Below are positions 32,470 to 44,160 of a stretch of DNA of 64,000 nt, piece by piece (the stretch's first letter is position 1; each line of letters opens with the position of its first letter). The DNA comes from Escherichia coli. Lineage in GTDB: Bacteria > Pseudomonadota > Gammaproteobacteria > Enterobacterales > Enterobacteriaceae. Location: NCBI RefSeq assembly GCF_003790525.1, contig NZ_CP033635.1; one strand, 5' to 3'. A program made the position numbers and the translations under genes. Below the pieces are notes generated by a model that was not told where the DNA came from, did not search any database, and was given only the letters and a program-made list of their open reading frames with translations.

Positions 32470-32791
32470 TATGCTCTTACTCCTGGTGGCTTGTGTGTAT
32501 ACCAATTTACATAATTCACTAGACCAAAAACAGAGAGATGCATCACGCTTGCAGAGAAAGGTAAAAGTACGAAACAGAACAACAAGGCGTTATTTATATC
32601 TGTATCAATGAGTTATATGAATAAAATGAAAGGAAAGTTTTTTAGAGGTCAGTTTTTGGGATAATTGCCGCTAATCTAAGATATCTGATGATAGTCGATT
32701 TATTAGACCAATTGAAAAGAGAGCGTGTACCAGTGGAGGGCGGAAGGCAGAGCCGGCGTTATTTTTCCCGCCAGCTCTGGACTAATGAAGG

Positions 32792-33541
32792 TTAACGAGC
32801 GAAGAAAAAGTCATCAAAATCGCTGATGGAAGCGTCTTGTTTGAAGATTTTGATCAGTTCATTTTTGCTGTTTTCCAGATGTCTCCAGGATGCTTCCCTG
32901 GCGAGCTCTGAATCTTTCTGTTGTAGCGCAAGGAAAATAGCCCGGTGATCTTCCAGCCATTGCAGACGCAAATGCTTTTCATGCAGGTACTTGTAGTTAA
33001 GTTTCTTCCAGCGGGGGTTTTCTGTACGAACTGCCCGCCATAATTCAGCAGCTTGTTTGATGAGTACCCGATTTTGCGTCGCTTCGGCAATAATGCTATG
33101 AAATCGGTGATCCAGGTCTTCAAATTTATCACTTTCCGCAGCGATAGCGTTTTCCTGCAATCTAATGATTTTCTTTAACTCTTGTAACTCGTTAAAGCTA
33201 ATCTGGCTGGCTGCAAAACCAGTAATATTGCTCTCAATCACCTGACGCGCCTGCAACAGTTCAAACGGGCCAATTTCTGAATAGGGCATTAATGATTTCT
33301 GGTTGAGCTTATCGGTGGAGTCGACAAAGAAAATCCCTGACCCTTGCTTCACATTCAATACGCCTTTCAGTTCCAGCATAATGATGGCTTCACGAATGGT
33401 AGTTCGGCTGGTATTAAACCGCTCGCTCAGTTCACGTTCTGAAGGTAAGCGTTCTCCGGCCTTAAATACGCCTGAATACAGCAGCTCTTCAATCTGTAGA
33501 CCAATATCGTAATAGCGGCGCTTTGTAATAACCTGTTCCAT
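32792..33541 (-). CDS. GntR family transcriptional regulator (FadR/FCD subfamily)
   Basis: 249 aa; N-terminal winged HTH (LPSERELSERFNTSRTTIREAIIMLELKGVL) plus C-terminal FCD-like helical domain. Confidence 0.85.
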   Translation of the reverse strand: MEQVITKRRYYDIGLQIEELLYSGVFKAGERLPSERELSERFNTSRTTIREAIIMLELKGVLNVKQGSGIFFVDSTDKLNQKSLMPYSEIGPFELLQARQVIESNITGFAASQISFNELQELKKIIRLQENAIAAESDKFEDLDHRFHSIIAEATQNRVLIKQAAELWRAVRTENPRWKKLNYKYLHEKHLRLQWLEDHRAIFLALQQKDSELAREASWRHLENSKNELIKIFKQDASISDFDDFFFAR

Positions 33542-33792
33542 ACCTTGCCTTACTGTGGGTGTCCTCGGATAGCCGATCGTCGTGCAATATGATTTGAACG
33601 TTGCTGATCGGCATAAATAGTAGCGGCAGTTGCCACGATACCGCCAGCCTTAAATGTGCTTGCCCAAGTCGGGCAGTGAAAAACCTCACCAGGGTATTTC
33701 GCCACCGTTCATCAACATCACTTCATTTCCGCGCGTGATACAGCGTATAATCCCCGGCCTTTGATTATTTTTTTATCATTTCTGGAAGCAAA

Positions 33793-36012
33793 ATGAGCTC
33801 TATCTCCCTGATCCAACCGGATCGCGACCTGTTCTCCTGGCCGCAGTACTGGGCCGCCTGTTTTGGACCGGCACCGTTTTTGCCGATGTCACGTGAAGAG
33901 ATGGATCAACTTGGCTGGGATAGCTGCGACATCATTTTGGTTACTGGCGACGCGTATGTCGATCACCCAAGCTTCGGGATGGCGATTTGCGGTCGTATGC
34001 TGGAAGCGCAGGGCTTTCGCGTCGGGATCATCGCCCAGCCAGACTGGAGCAGCAAAGACGACTTTATGCGTCTGGGTAAACCGAATCTGTTTTTCGGCGT
34101 TACTGCTGGCAACATGGACTCGATGATCAACCGCTATACCGCCGATCGCCGTTTACGTCATGACGATGCCTACACGCCAGATAATGTCGCGGGTAAGCGT
34201 CCGGATCGCGCCACACTGGTTTATACCCAACGTTGTAAAGAGGCGTGGAAAGATGTGCCGGTGATCCTCGGCGGTATTGAGGCCAGCCTGCGCCGTACCG
34301 CGCATTATGATTACTGGTCCGATACCGTGCGCCGTTCCGTGTTGGTGGATTCGAAAGCCGACATGCTGATGTTTGGTAACGGTGAGCGTCCGCTGGTGGA
34401 AGTGGCGCACCGTCTGGCGATGGGCGAGCCGATTAGTGAAATCCGCGATGTGCGTAATACCGCGATTATCGTAAAAGAGGCGTTGCCAGGCTGGAGCGGC
34501 GTGGATTCCACCCGTCTTGATACCCCAGGGAAAATCGACCCAATCCCGCATCCGTATGGCGAAGATTTGCCGTGCGCGGATAACAAACCGGTAGCTCCGA
34601 AAAAGCAGGAAGCCAAAGCTGTAACCGTGCAGCCACCACGCCCGAAACCGTGGGAAAAAACCTACGTGTTGCTGCCTTCTTTCGAGAAAGTGAAGGGCGA
34701 TAAAGTGCTGTACGCCCATGCTTCGCGCATTCTGCACCACGAAACTAACCCAGGCTGCGCCCGCGCATTGATGCAAAAACATGGCGACCGCTATGTATGG
34801 ATCAACCCGCCTGCTATTCCGCTTTCTACCGAAGAGATGGATAGCGTCTTTGCGCTGCCGTACAAGCGCGTGCCGCATCCGGCTTACGGTAATGCCCGAA
34901 TTCCGGCTTACGAAATGATTCGTTTCTCGGTCAACATTATGCGTGGCTGCTTTGGCGGCTGCTCTTTCTGTTCTATTACCGAGCACGAAGGGCGCATTAT
35001 TCAGAGCCGTTCCGAAGATTCGATTATTAATGAGATCGAAGCGATCCGCGACACTGTTCCAGGTTTTACGGGCGTGATTTCCGATCTCGGTGGGCCTACT
35101 GCCAACATGTATATGTTGCGCTGCAAATCGCCACGCGCTGAGCAAACCTGCCGTCGTTTGTCGTGCGTTTATCCGGATATTTGTCCGCACATGGACACTA
35201 ACCATGAACCGACCATCAACCTCTATCGCCGCGCTCGTGATCTGAAAGGCATTAAAAAGATCCTCATCGCCTCTGGTGTGCGTTATGACATCGCCGTAGA
35301 AGATCCGCGCTATATCAAAGAGCTGGCGACCCATCACGTCGGCGGTTATCTGAAGATTGCCCCGGAACATACCGAAGAAGGGCCGTTATCGAAGATGATG
35401 AAGCCGGGCATGGGCAGCTATGACCGCTTTAAAGAGCTGTTCGATACTTACTCGAAACAGGCAGGTAAAGAACAGTATCTGATCCCGTATTTCATCTCCG
35501 CGCACCCGGGTACGCGTGATGAAGATATGGTGAATCTGGCGCTGTGGCTGAAAAAGCATCGTTTCCGTCTCGACCAGGTACAGAACTTCTACCCATCGCC
35601 GCTGGCTAACTCGACCACCATGTATTACACCGGGAAAAACCCGCTGGCGAAGATTGGTTATAAGAGTGAAGACGTCTTCGTACCGAAGGGCGACAAACAG
35701 CGTCGTTTGCATAAAGCGTTGTTGCGTTACCACGATCCGGCAAACTGGCCGTTAATCCGTCAGGCGCTGGAAGCGATGGGCAAAAAGCATCTGATTGGCA
35801 GCCGTCGCGATTGCTTAGTGCCTGCGCCAACCATTGAAGAGATGCGTGAAGCTCGCCGCCAGAACCGCAATACCCGTCCGGCGTTGACTAAACATACGCC
35901 GATGGCGACCCAGCGTCAGACGCCTGCTACGGCAAAAAAAGCGTCGTCTACGCAATCTCGCCTGCAGAATGCTGGTGCGAAGAAACGCCCTAAAGCGGCG
36001 GTTGGACGTTAA
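33793..36012 (+). CDS. ygiQ: radical SAM family protein YgiQ (UPF0313)
   Basis: 739 aa ORF recognised as YgiQ; Cys-rich stretch [10 protein letters not shown] resembles a radical SAM cluster motif. Confidence 0.92.
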   Translation: MSSISLIQPDRDLFSWPQYWAACFGPAPFLPMSREEMDQLGWDSCDIILVTGDAYVDHPSFGMAICGRMLEAQGFRVGIIAQPDWSSKDDFMRLGKPNLFFGVTAGNMDSMINRYTADRRLRHDDAYTPDNVAGKRPDRATLVYTQRCKEAWKDVPVILGGIEASLRRTAHYDYWSDTVRRSVLVDSKADMLMFGNGERPLVEVAHRLAMGEPISEIRDVRNTAIIVKEALPGWSGVDSTRLDTPGKIDPIPHPYGEDLPCADNKPVAPKKQEAKAVTVQPPRPKPWEKTYVLLPSFEKVKGDKVLYAHASRILHHETNPGCARALMQKHGDRYVWINPPAIPLSTEEMDSVFALPYKRVPHPAYGNARIPAYEMIRFSVNIMRGCFGGCSFCSITEHEGRIIQSRSEDSIINEIEAIRDTVPGFTGVISDLGGPTANMYMLRCKSPRAEQTCRRLSCVYPDICPHMDTNHEPTINLYRRARDLKGIKKILIASGVRYDIAVEDPRYIKELATHHVGGYLKIAPEHTEEGPLSKMMKPGMGSYDRFKELFDTYSKQAGKEQYLIPYFISAHPGTRDEDMVNLALWLKKHRFRLDQVQNFYPSPLANSTTMYYTGKNPLAKIGYKSEDVFVPKGDKQRRLHKALLRYHDPANWPLIRQALEAMGKKHLIGSRRDCLVPAPTIEEMREARRQNRNTRPALTKHTPMATQRQTPATAKKASSTQSRLQNAGAKKRPKAAVGR

Positions 36013-36017
36013 AAAAT

Positions 36018-36052
36018 ATCCCCGGTAACAGAATGCTGCCGGGGATTTTTTT
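36018..36052. terminator. bidirectional rho-independent terminator between ygiQ and yqhH
   Basis: Hairpin CCCCGG-N13-CCGGGG followed by ATTTTTTT; A-tract on opposite side. Confidence 0.7.
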
Positions 36053-36053
36053 A

Positions 36054-36311
36054 TCATTCTGCGTACATACGCAAGCAGCGCAGGCAGTCGAAATAGTCCT
36101 GTGCATCAAGACGCGTATTGGCTCTGTTAGCTTCGGATTTGGCAGCATAGATTTGTGGGCGTAATGCTTTCATATCCTGCTCAAGCCGGGCGATTTTGGC
36201 ATTTAATGTTTGCACATTGCTCGCCAGCTGATTGACCTTTTGCTCATTGACGCAGCCACTGAGCAAGCAGGTTGCCAGAACAACAGCTCCCACGGTGAAA
36301 ATCGTTTTCAT
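36054..36311 (-). CDS. yqhH: lipoprotein YqhH (Lpp-like)
   Basis: 85 aa; lipobox LLSGC and coiled-coil region. Confidence 0.85.
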
Positions 36312-36361
36312 ATAGTGTTCCCTTTTATTTATTGTTCCGGCTAATTGTTATTTAATTCAGC

Positions 36362-37288
36362 TCATTGCTTTAATCTGGCGGCGGTTTTTGCCTCAATCTG
36401 CTTAAGTAGGCTGCCGCTATTCGGGCGGATAAAATCAGCGATTTCCCACTTACCTTCGCGCCGCTGTAAAACCAGTTCTTGCTCTTCGTTGTTGCCATTG
36501 CTCAGCGTAAAACGAACATGAATGCGGGCGGAATCGGCGGTTTTCTCCAGGACACGGATTTCATCAACGCGTGAAAATAGCGACTCTTCGCCAAAACAGA
36601 TCGGATTGTCGTAAATAAATTGCCGTTCTATTTGCATATCTTCATCGGGATTGTTGGTAGTCTTGAAGGTGGTTTTATAGAAGGCATTGACCGCCTGGCG
36701 GTAAGAGTCGGAAACCACCCACGTCCACGGCCAGCTATAATCAGCAATATGTTCAAAGAGTTCGGCAACAAAGGCTTCCGGCTGTTCTTTTTGCAACGAA
36801 GCTATAGCGGCCAGCGTTTTTTCATTCTCGCTATTTACCGCTTGTAAGACGCTGCCATGATTGCTGACAATATCGTCAATGACCCAACGACCATTTTCCG
36901 CCACCATTTTCAGTGTCTGCGTGGTCTTTTCTTTATCGTCTTTAAAGATACGAAAGCGCACAACGGCATCGGCATGATCGGCGTCAGGTTGGGTTATCGC
37001 TACGCTTTCTAACACCAGATCGCCAAAATCCTGACAATCACAAACCGGATCATAATCCAGCCAGCCAATATTGCCCGGTAGTGTAAGATTGTCGTTCAGG
37101 GTAAGCGCCTGTTGAATACGCGCAGAAGTTATCGCTCGCTCTCCGGTTTCACCAAAATAAGGCGTACTGGCATCTGATTTATAGTTCTGATAAATCTGCC
37201 GGACTGTTTGTTCTACGGTCTGTGAAGAAGGCTGCGCCTGTACGGTAAAACTTGCCAGGGCTGCTAAAAACAGAAGTATTATTTTCAT
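36362..37288 (-). CDS. yqhG: DUF3828 family protein YqhG
   Basis: 308 aa with signal peptide MKIILLFLAALASFTVQA. Confidence 0.85.
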   Translation of the reverse strand: MKIILLFLAALASFTVQAQPSSQTVEQTVRQIYQNYKSDASTPYFGETGERAITSARIQQALTLNDNLTLPGNIGWLDYDPVCDCQDFGDLVLESVAITQPDADHADAVVRFRIFKDDKEKTTQTLKMVAENGRWVIDDIVSNHGSVLQAVNSENEKTLAAIASLQKEQPEAFVAELFEHIADYSWPWTWVVSDSYRQAVNAFYKTTFKTTNNPDEDMQIERQFIYDNPICFGEESLFSRVDEIRVLEKTADSARIHVRFTLSNGNNEEQELVLQRREGKWEIADFIRPNSGSLLKQIEAKTAARLKQ

Positions 37289-37487
37289 CTGTTTTTCACC
37301 TCTCCGTTGCGTTTATCCCGGGTGTAGATGAGTTGTTCCTTTAAGAGCTTCCGGCTCTGCATGATGATGTCCTTATATTTGGCATTCCTGAACAAGGAAG
37401 AGTAACAATGGGCAAGACGCGAGGGGAATAAATGATTTCTGAAAAGTCCGGTAGCGGAACATTACCGCCACCGGGAGAATTTGCCCG

Positions 37488-38315
37488 TTAGCCGCCAAAC
37501 TGGTCAGGATCGGGACCGAGACGCTTGCCCTGATCGAGTTTTGCAATTTCGCCGAGTTCGTCTTTGTCGAGACGGAAATCCCAGACATCAAAGTTTTCGG
37601 CAATACGTGAAGGTGTGACCGATTTCGGGATCACCACCAGGCCGCTATCCAGATGCCAGCGGATAACAATCTGCGCCGGGGTTTTGCCGTATTTATCTGC
37701 CAGATCGCGAATGACTTTCTGATCGAAAACGCCTTTCCCTCCTTGCGCTAATGGGCTCCAGGATTCGGTCTGGATTTTGTGTGTCGCGTTCCAGGCATGT
37801 AGCTGGCGTTGTTGCATCAGCGGGTGAAGTTCGATCTGATTAATAACAGGCGTCACGCCAGTTTCATCAATCAGGCGTTGCAGGTGATGGATCTGGAAGT
37901 TGCACACGCCAATGCTTTTGATTAATCCCTCTTTTTGCAATTCGATCATGCCCTTCCATGCTTCGACATAATGGTCGATAGCGGGAACGGGCCAGTGCAT
38001 TAAATAGAGGTCGATATAATCAAGCTGGAGTTTTTTCAGGCTGTCGAGCAGGGCTTCGCGGGGGCGCTTGTGGTCGTCGTTCCACAGCTTAGTGGTGATG
38101 AACAGTTCTTCTCTGTTGACTGAGGCATTTTTCAGGGCTTTGCCGACACCTTCTTCGTTCTTGTAGGCCGCGGCGGTATCAATCGAGCGATAACCCACGT
38201 CTAACGCTTTTTGAATGGCGGTGATTACTTCCTCATTACTTGCTTGCCAGACGCCCAGTCCCAACTGGGGCATGACATTGCCATCCTGTAGCTTAATAAC
38301 GGTTGGATTAGCCAT
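37488..38315 (-). CDS. dkgA: 2,5-diketo-D-gluconate reductase A / methylglyoxal reductase (aldo-keto reductase)
   Basis: 275 aa AKR family ORF MANPTVIKLQDGNVMPQLGLGVWQ... recognised as DkgA. Confidence 0.92.
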   Translation of the reverse strand: MANPTVIKLQDGNVMPQLGLGVWQASNEEVITAIQKALDVGYRSIDTAAAYKNEEGVGKALKNASVNREELFITTKLWNDDHKRPREALLDSLKKLQLDYIDLYLMHWPVPAIDHYVEAWKGMIELQKEGLIKSIGVCNFQIHHLQRLIDETGVTPVINQIELHPLMQQRQLHAWNATHKIQTESWSPLAQGGKGVFDQKVIRDLADKYGKTPAQIVIRWHLDSGLVVIPKSVTPSRIAENFDVWDFRLDKDELGEIAKLDQGKRLGPDPDQFGG

Positions 38316-38419
38316 ACGTTCCTCCTTTATATGAACTCACCGGAGCAGGCTCCGGTGAGGTGTTGTGAACTTAAGTCTGGACGAAATGCCCGAAAACGAA
38401 AGTTTGAGGCGTAAAAAGC

Positions 38420-39583
38420 TTAGCGGGCGGCTTCGTATATGCGGCGGCTGACATCCAGCGTAATGTCATGATTTTCGCCCAGTTGGGTCATACCGTGCTC
38501 TTCCAGTTTTTTCAACAAAGCCGGGATGGAGCTGCCGTCCAGACCGTAGTCGGAGAGGTGGGTCGGCACGCCTAATTGCTCAAAGAAATTGCGGGTTGCG
38601 GCAATCGCGGCGTCAATACGCTCATCGTCGGAACCTTCAGTGATGTTCCAGACGCGTTCAGCATATTGCAGCAGCTTAGCGCGCTTGGTATCGCGTTTTT
38701 CATTCCACAGTGCAGGCAGGACGATAGCCAGTGTTTGTGCGTGATCCAGACCGTGCATCGCAGTCAGTTCGTGGCCTAGCATATGCGTTGCCCAGTCCTG
38801 CGGTACGCCAGCGCCGATCAAACCGTTCAGCGCCTGAGTCGCCGCCCACATAACGTTGGCGCGCACATCGTAGTTTTCTGGCTCTTTCAGGGCTTTCGGA
38901 CCATCTTCGATCAGCGTCAACAAAATGCCTTCTGCGAAACGGTCCTGAATTTTGGCATCAACCGGTTTGGTAACATACTGTTCCACGGTGTGCACAAAGG
39001 CATCCACTACACCGTTAGCCACCTGACGCGGCGGCAGGGTGTAGGTATAAACCGGATCGAGCACGGCAAATACCGGCTGAACATGGGCGGAATGGAATGC
39101 CTGCTTGTCGCCTGTGGTTTTACGGGAGATCACCGCGCCTGCGTTGGATTCTGAACCGGTTGCTGGCAGCGTCAGCACACAGCCCATCGGGATGGCGCTT
39201 TTAATCTCTTTGCCGCCCGTTTGCAGAATGTGCCACGGATCGATATTTTCCGGATAATTAGCCGCTGCGGCGATAAATTTGGTGCCGTCCAGTACAGAAC
39301 CGCCGCCAACCGCCAGCAGGAAAGTCACTTTTTGTTCGCGAACCAGTTTCACGGCGTTCATCAGCGTTTCATAAGCCGGGTTTGGCTCAATACCGCCAAA
39401 TTCCAGCACGTCCATGCCTTTCAGGGCATCCAGAACTTGATCGAGAACGCCGGTTTTTTTCACGCTGCCGCCGCCGTAGGTAATCAATACGCGTGCATCG
39501 TGAGGAATTTGCTCGCGTAAACCAGCGATTGCGCCTTTACCAAACAGAATGCGGGTTGGGGTGTGCAGATTAAAGTTGTTCAT
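38420..39583 (-). CDS. yqhD: NADPH-dependent aldehyde reductase (iron-containing alcohol dehydrogenase family)
   Basis: ORF 38420-39607 trimmed to ATG at 39583 ([17 protein letters not shown]...), 387 aa. Confidence 0.92.
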   Translation of the reverse strand: MNNFNLHTPTRILFGKGAIAGLREQIPHDARVLITYGGGSVKKTGVLDQVLDALKGMDVLEFGGIEPNPAYETLMNAVKLVREQKVTFLLAVGGGSVLDGTKFIAAAANYPENIDPWHILQTGGKEIKSAIPMGCVLTLPATGSESNAGAVISRKTTGDKQAFHSAHVQPVFAVLDPVYTYTLPPRQVANGVVDAFVHTVEQYVTKPVDAKIQDRFAEGILLTLIEDGPKALKEPENYDVRANVMWAATQALNGLIGAGVPQDWATHMLGHELTAMHGLDHAQTLAIVLPALWNEKRDTKRAKLLQYAERVWNITEGSDDERIDAAIAATRNFFEQLGVPTHLSDYGLDGSSIPALLKKLEEHGMTQLGENHDITLDVSRRIYEAAR

Positions 39584-39719
39584 TACTTGCTCCCTTTGCT
39601 GGGTCAATATGAGGGCAGAGATCGGTCTGCCTGATGTTTTTCATTGTGGTCGCCAGCGCCGTACCTCTCAATGCTCATTTCTGCCAATGTCTTGCCTATT
39701 TCTCCAGAGTGCTGGAGAA

Positions 39720-40676
39720 ATGCTACAAAATTGCGCACAATCAAATTGCCGCATTATTCCTAAGAAATTACGCGATATGAAACGTGAAGAGATTTGCCGC
39801 TTGCTGGCGGATAAAGTTAATAAACTGAAAAATAAAGAAAATAGTTTGTCAGAGCTGTTGCCCGATGTGCGTTTGTTGTATGGCGAGACGCCTTTCGCAC
39901 GCACACCGGTGATGTACGAGCCTGGCATCATAATTCTCTTTTCCGGACATAAAATCGGTTATATCAATGAACGCGTGTTTCGTTATGATGCCAATGAATA
40001 CCTGCTGCTGACGGTGCCGTTGCCGTTTGAGTGCGAAACCTATGCCACGTCAGAGGTGCCGCTGGCAGGGTTGCGTCTCAATGTCGATATTTTGCAGTTA
40101 CAGGAACTGTTGATGGACATTGGCGAAGATGAGCATTTCCAGCCGTCGATGGCAGCCAGCGGGATTAACTCCGCCACGTTATCAGAAGAGATTTTATGCG
40201 CGGCGGAGCGGTTACTCGACGTGATGGAGCGACCGCTGGATGCGCGTATTCTCGGCAAACAGATCATCCGCGAAATTCTGTACTACGTGCTGACCGGACC
40301 TTGCGGCGGCGCGTTACTGGCGCTGGTCAGTCGCCAGACTCACTTCAGCCTTATTAGCCGCGTGCTGAAACGGATTGAGAATAAATACACCGAAAACCTG
40401 AGCGTCGAGCAACTGGCGGCAGAAGCCAACATGAGCGTATCGGCGTTCCACCATAATTTTAAGTCTGTCACCAGCACCTCGCCGTTGCAGTATTTGAAGA
40501 ATTACCGTCTGCATAAGGCGCGGATGATGATCATCCACGACGGCATGAAAGCCAGTGCGGCAGCGATGCGCGTCGGTTACGAAAGCGCATCGCAATTTAG
40601 CCGTGAGTTTAAACGTTACTTCGGTGTGACGCCGGGGGAAGATGCGGCAAGAATGCGGGCGATGCAGGGGAATTAA
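39720..40676 (+). CDS. yqhC: AraC family transcriptional activator of yqhD-dkgA
   Basis: ORF 39549-40676 trimmed to ATG at 39720 preceded by GGAGA, 318 aa; C-terminal AraC-type HTH; divergent from yqhD. Confidence 0.88.
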   Translation: MLQNCAQSNCRIIPKKLRDMKREEICRLLADKVNKLKNKENSLSELLPDVRLLYGETPFARTPVMYEPGIIILFSGHKIGYINERVFRYDANEYLLLTVPLPFECETYATSEVPLAGLRLNVDILQLQELLMDIGEDEHFQPSMAASGINSATLSEEILCAAERLLDVMERPLDARILGKQIIREILYYVLTGPCGGALLALVSRQTHFSLISRVLKRIENKYTENLSVEQLAAEANMSVSAFHHNFKSVTSTSPLQYLKNYRLHKARMMIIHDGMKASAAAMRVGYESASQFSREFKRYFGVTPGEDAARMRAMQGN

Positions 40677-40715
40677 ATACGTTCCCGGTACAGCAACCGG
40701 GAACGGGGAAAATCG

Positions 40716-41375
40716 TCAGGCGTTACAGTATTTTTTTTTAATCACCACAAACAGCGTGCCCAACAAGCCAGCGGTTAACAAGGCAATTGGCAGGATCATC
40801 AGGAACGTCATTACCTGATCTTCATGGCGTTTAACAAACGGAATCATACTTAATGCATAGCCGAAACTGGTTACCACGCTGACCCACAGCAATCCGCTTA
40901 ACCAGTTGAAAAACTGGAAACGGCGGTTTGGCAAACCGGAAATACCTGCCATGGTTGGCAGCAGCGTACGGACAAATGCAAGAAAACGTCCAGCCAGCAG
41001 CGCCAGCAGACCGTGGCGGTCAAACATGCAGGTGGCGCGCTGGTGATATTTAGCAGGAAGCTGTGCCAGCCAGCCTTTCACCGTTTTGGTATTTCCTAAC
41101 CAGCGCCCCTGAATATAACTTAGCCAGCAGCCCAGACTTGCTGCGGCGGTCAGAATCGCAATCGTAGGCAGAAAATCCATAACCCCCTGGGCAATCAATG
41201 CGCCAGCCAATATCAACAAGCTGTCGCCTGGCAAAAATGAGGCGGGCAGCAGGCCGTTTTCTAAAAACAGCGTGGCAAACATGACAAAGTAAACAACGCT
41301 AACAATATGAGGATCCGCCAGCGCGGCAAAGTCGTGTTGCCAGAGCGCAGCGATGATATCTTGAATAACAGCCAT
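40716..41375 (-). CDS. yghB: DedA family inner membrane protein YghB
   Basis: 219 aa hydrophobic ORF recognised as YghB. Confidence 0.9.
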
Positions 41376-41514
41376 GGACTTTCCTGTGGAACAGCGTTTA
41401 AGCCTTTATCTGCCTATTGTACTCCTGAATCGTCCGGGACGCCTTGATCCCGGACGCAACAATTTAAGACTTTTCACAATAAAATGTCTGCAAAATTGTC
41501 CAAAAGTGGCAATG

Positions 41515-42702
41515 TTATACAATTCGCGCAAAACCGGCATCCAGATCGGCAATCAGATCGTCGACATCTTCCAGACCAATATGCAGGCGAATCAAGGTCC
41601 CGCTAAAATCGATCTCGCCTTGTGGGCGAATGGCGGCGATATGTTCTGGTTGATTTGCCAGGATCAACGATTCATACCCGCCCCACGAGTAGGCCATGCT
41701 GAATAAACTGAAGTTATCCAGATAGTTCGCCAGTTCTTCATCATTGAGCTTTTTCTTAAGCACAAAGGAAAATAGCCCGCTGCTACCTGTAAAGTCTCGT
41801 TTCCAGAATTCGTGGCCTTTACTGCCAGGCAGAGCAGGGTGGTTAACTCGCGCTACTTGGGGATGTTCTGCCAGCCATTCAGCCACTTTCAGACTGCTTT
41901 CATGATGTTGACGCAGGCGAACACCCAAAGTGCGCAGGCCACGGCTGGTTATATAGGCGGTATCGGCATCGACCATCTGGCCCATCAGATAGGCATTCTC
42001 TCGCAGCTGCTCCCAGCAACGGGCATTGCACACCGCAGTGCCAATCATCGCATCTGAATGCCCAACCAGATATTTGGTAGCGGCCTGAATGGAAACATCA
42101 ATGCCAAAATCCAGCGCCTTAAACAGCACACCGGCTGCCCAGGTGTTGTCGATCATAATGATGGCATCCGGCACCACACTGCGTACGGCGGCAACAATCG
42201 CCGGAACGTCGTGGACTTCCATGGTGATGGAGCCTGGCGATTCCAGAAACACGATTTTAGTGTTTGGCTGCAGATGCTTAACGATATCGGCACCAATCAG
42301 TGGATCAAACCACGATGTCGTTACGCCCAGTTTGCTGAGGATTTTGCTACAGAAATCCTGACTCGGTTCATAGGCGGTGTTGGTCATCAACACATGATCG
42401 CCCTGTTCGACAAAAGCAAGAATCGAATTAGCAACCGCCGCCGCCCCGCAGGGAAATAGCGCGCAGCCTGCGCCACCTTCCAGTTCACACATCGCTTGTT
42501 GTAAGGAAAAATGGGTTAACGTTCCGCGCCGCCCATAGAACAACTCGCCATTGGCGCGATTGCGTGTCGCGTGCTTTTTGGCTTCCACACTGTCAAAGAC
42601 CAGCGAAGAAGCGCGCTGAATCACGCTATTTACCGCGCCGAGAGTGTATTTTTTGCTGCGTCCTGCATTCACCAGTTGAGTATCAAGCTTTTTGTCCGCC
42701 AT
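41515..42702 (-). CDS. metC: cystathionine beta-lyase
   Basis: ORF 41515-42837 trimmed to ATG at 42702 ([20 protein letters not shown]...), 395 aa; PLP-binding Lys region. Confidence 0.93.
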   Translation of the reverse strand: MADKKLDTQLVNAGRSKKYTLGAVNSVIQRASSLVFDSVEAKKHATRNRANGELFYGRRGTLTHFSLQQAMCELEGGAGCALFPCGAAAVANSILAFVEQGDHVLMTNTAYEPSQDFCSKILSKLGVTTSWFDPLIGADIVKHLQPNTKIVFLESPGSITMEVHDVPAIVAAVRSVVPDAIIMIDNTWAAGVLFKALDFGIDVSIQAATKYLVGHSDAMIGTAVCNARCWEQLRENAYLMGQMVDADTAYITSRGLRTLGVRLRQHHESSLKVAEWLAEHPQVARVNHPALPGSKGHEFWKRDFTGSSGLFSFVLKKKLNDEELANYLDNFSLFSMAYSWGGYESLILANQPEHIAAIRPQGEIDFSGTLIRLHIGLEDVDDLIADLDAGFARIV

Positions 42703-42865
42703 GTCGGGATTCCTGTTTTTATACGTCTGGATGTCTAAACTAGCATGAATATTCGCGGGCGCATCCTGAAGAATTGGCATAAAGCAGAAAATTTTCGCAA
42801 ATGGCGTGCTGGTGACTTTTTTACTGCGTAAACGCAAGGAAAAGAACGCAAAGGTACGGCAGTAT

Positions 42866-42890
42866 GCAAATAGTAATGAGAACGACTATC
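42866..42890. promoter_or_regulatory. candidate Fur box upstream of exbBD
   Basis: GCAAATAGTAATGAGAACGACTATC resembles the Fur consensus; exbBD is a known Fur regulon member. Confidence 0.5.
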
Positions 42891-42953
42891 AATTCGACGT
42901 CGTTTTGATATTATTATGCGCAGATTTTGTGACTTGCGTCCTGGAGATACACA

Positions 42954-43688
42954 GTGGGTAATAATTTAATGCAGACGGACCTTTCCGTCTGGGGTATGTA
43001 TCAGCACGCCGATATTGTCGTTAAGTGCGTGATGATTGGGCTTATTTTGGCCTCCGTAGTCACCTGGGCAATCTTCTTCAGTAAGAGCGTAGAGTTCTTC
43101 AATCAGAAGCGTCGCCTTAAGCGCGAGCAGCAACTGCTGGCTGAAGCGCGTTCCTTAAACCAGGCCAACGATATCGCCGCTGATTTTGGTAGCAAAAGCT
43201 TAAGCCTGCATTTGCTCAATGAAGCGCAGAATGAGCTGGAACTGTCAGAAGGCAGCGACGATAACGAAGGTATTAAAGAACGTACCAGCTTCCGTCTGGA
43301 GCGTCGGGTCGCCGCAGTAGGTCGTCAAATGGGCCGCGGTAACGGCTATCTGGCAACCATCGGCGCGATTTCGCCGTTCGTTGGTCTGTTTGGTACGGTC
43401 TGGGGCATCATGAACAGCTTTATTGGTATCGCGCAAACGCAGACCACTAACCTGGCAGTCGTTGCGCCGGGTATCGCAGAAGCTCTGTTAGCAACGGCAA
43501 TCGGCCTCGTGGCAGCGATTCCGGCGGTCGTTATCTATAACGTATTTGCACGCCAGATTGGCGGCTTTAAAGCGATGCTGGGTGATGTTGCAGCGCAGGT
43601 ATTGTTGCTGCAAAGCCGTGACCTGGATCTGGAAGCCAGCGCCGCTGCGCATCCGGTTCGTGTCGCACAAAAATTACGCGCAGGATAA
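42954..43688 (+). CDS. exbB: TonB-system energiser ExbB
   Basis: 244 aa MotA/TolQ/ExbB family membrane protein. Confidence 0.95.
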   Translation: MGNNLMQTDLSVWGMYQHADIVVKCVMIGLILASVVTWAIFFSKSVEFFNQKRRLKREQQLLAEARSLNQANDIAADFGSKSLSLHLLNEAQNELELSEGSDDNEGIKERTSFRLERRVAAVGRQMGRGNGYLATIGAISPFVGLFGTVWGIMNSFIGIAQTQTTNLAVVAPGIAEALLATAIGLVAAIPAVVIYNVFARQIGGFKAMLGDVAAQVLLLQSRDLDLEASAAAHPVRVAQKLRAG

Positions 43689-43694
43689 TGTCCG

Positions 43695-44120
43695 ATGGCA
43701 ATGCATCTTAACGAAAACCTCGACGATAACGGCGAAATGCATGATATCAACGTGACGCCGTTTATCGACGTGATGTTGGTTCTGCTGATTATCTTTATGG
43801 TGGCGGCACCGTTAGCGACGGTAGATGTGAAGGTGAACTTGCCTGCTTCTACCAGCACGCCGCAGCCGCGCCCGGAAAAACCGGTTTATCTGTCGGTGAA
43901 GGCAGACAACTCGATGTTTATCGGTAACGATCCGGTCACCGATGAAACAATGATTACGGCGTTGAATGCGTTAACCGAAGGCAAGAAAGACACCACCATC
44001 TTCTTCCGAGCGGACAAAACCGTCGATTACGAGACGTTGATGAAGGTAATGGATACGCTGCATCAGGCGGGTTACCTGAAGATAGGTCTGGTTGGCGAAG
44101 AAACTGCCAAAGCGAAATAA
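43695..44120 (+). CDS. exbD: TonB-system energiser ExbD
   Basis: 141 aa ExbD/TolR family ORF. Confidence 0.95.
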   Translation: MAMHLNENLDDNGEMHDINVTPFIDVMLVLLIIFMVAAPLATVDVKVNLPASTSTPQPRPEKPVYLSVKADNSMFIGNDPVTDETMITALNALTEGKKDTTIFFRADKTVDYETLMKVMDTLHQAGYLKIGLVGEETAKAK

Positions 44121-44124
44121 AAAT

Positions 44125-44160
44125 GATGCCCGGTTGCTTTTCACAACCGGGCATTTTTTA
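44125..44160. terminator. rho-independent terminator after exbD (bidirectional with yghA)
   Basis: Hairpin ATGCCCGGTTG-CTTTTCAC-AACCGGGCAT followed by TTTTTTA. Confidence 0.75.

Noticed and set aside
33489-33689. 66 aa minus-strand ORF at the GntR/ygiQ junction
   Set aside because: Overlaps the GntR regulator start and promoter region; no RBS or domain signal.
34153-35370. 405 aa minus-strand ORF
   Set aside because: Entirely antisense to ygiQ, whose sense-strand product is clearly the real gene; no independent support.
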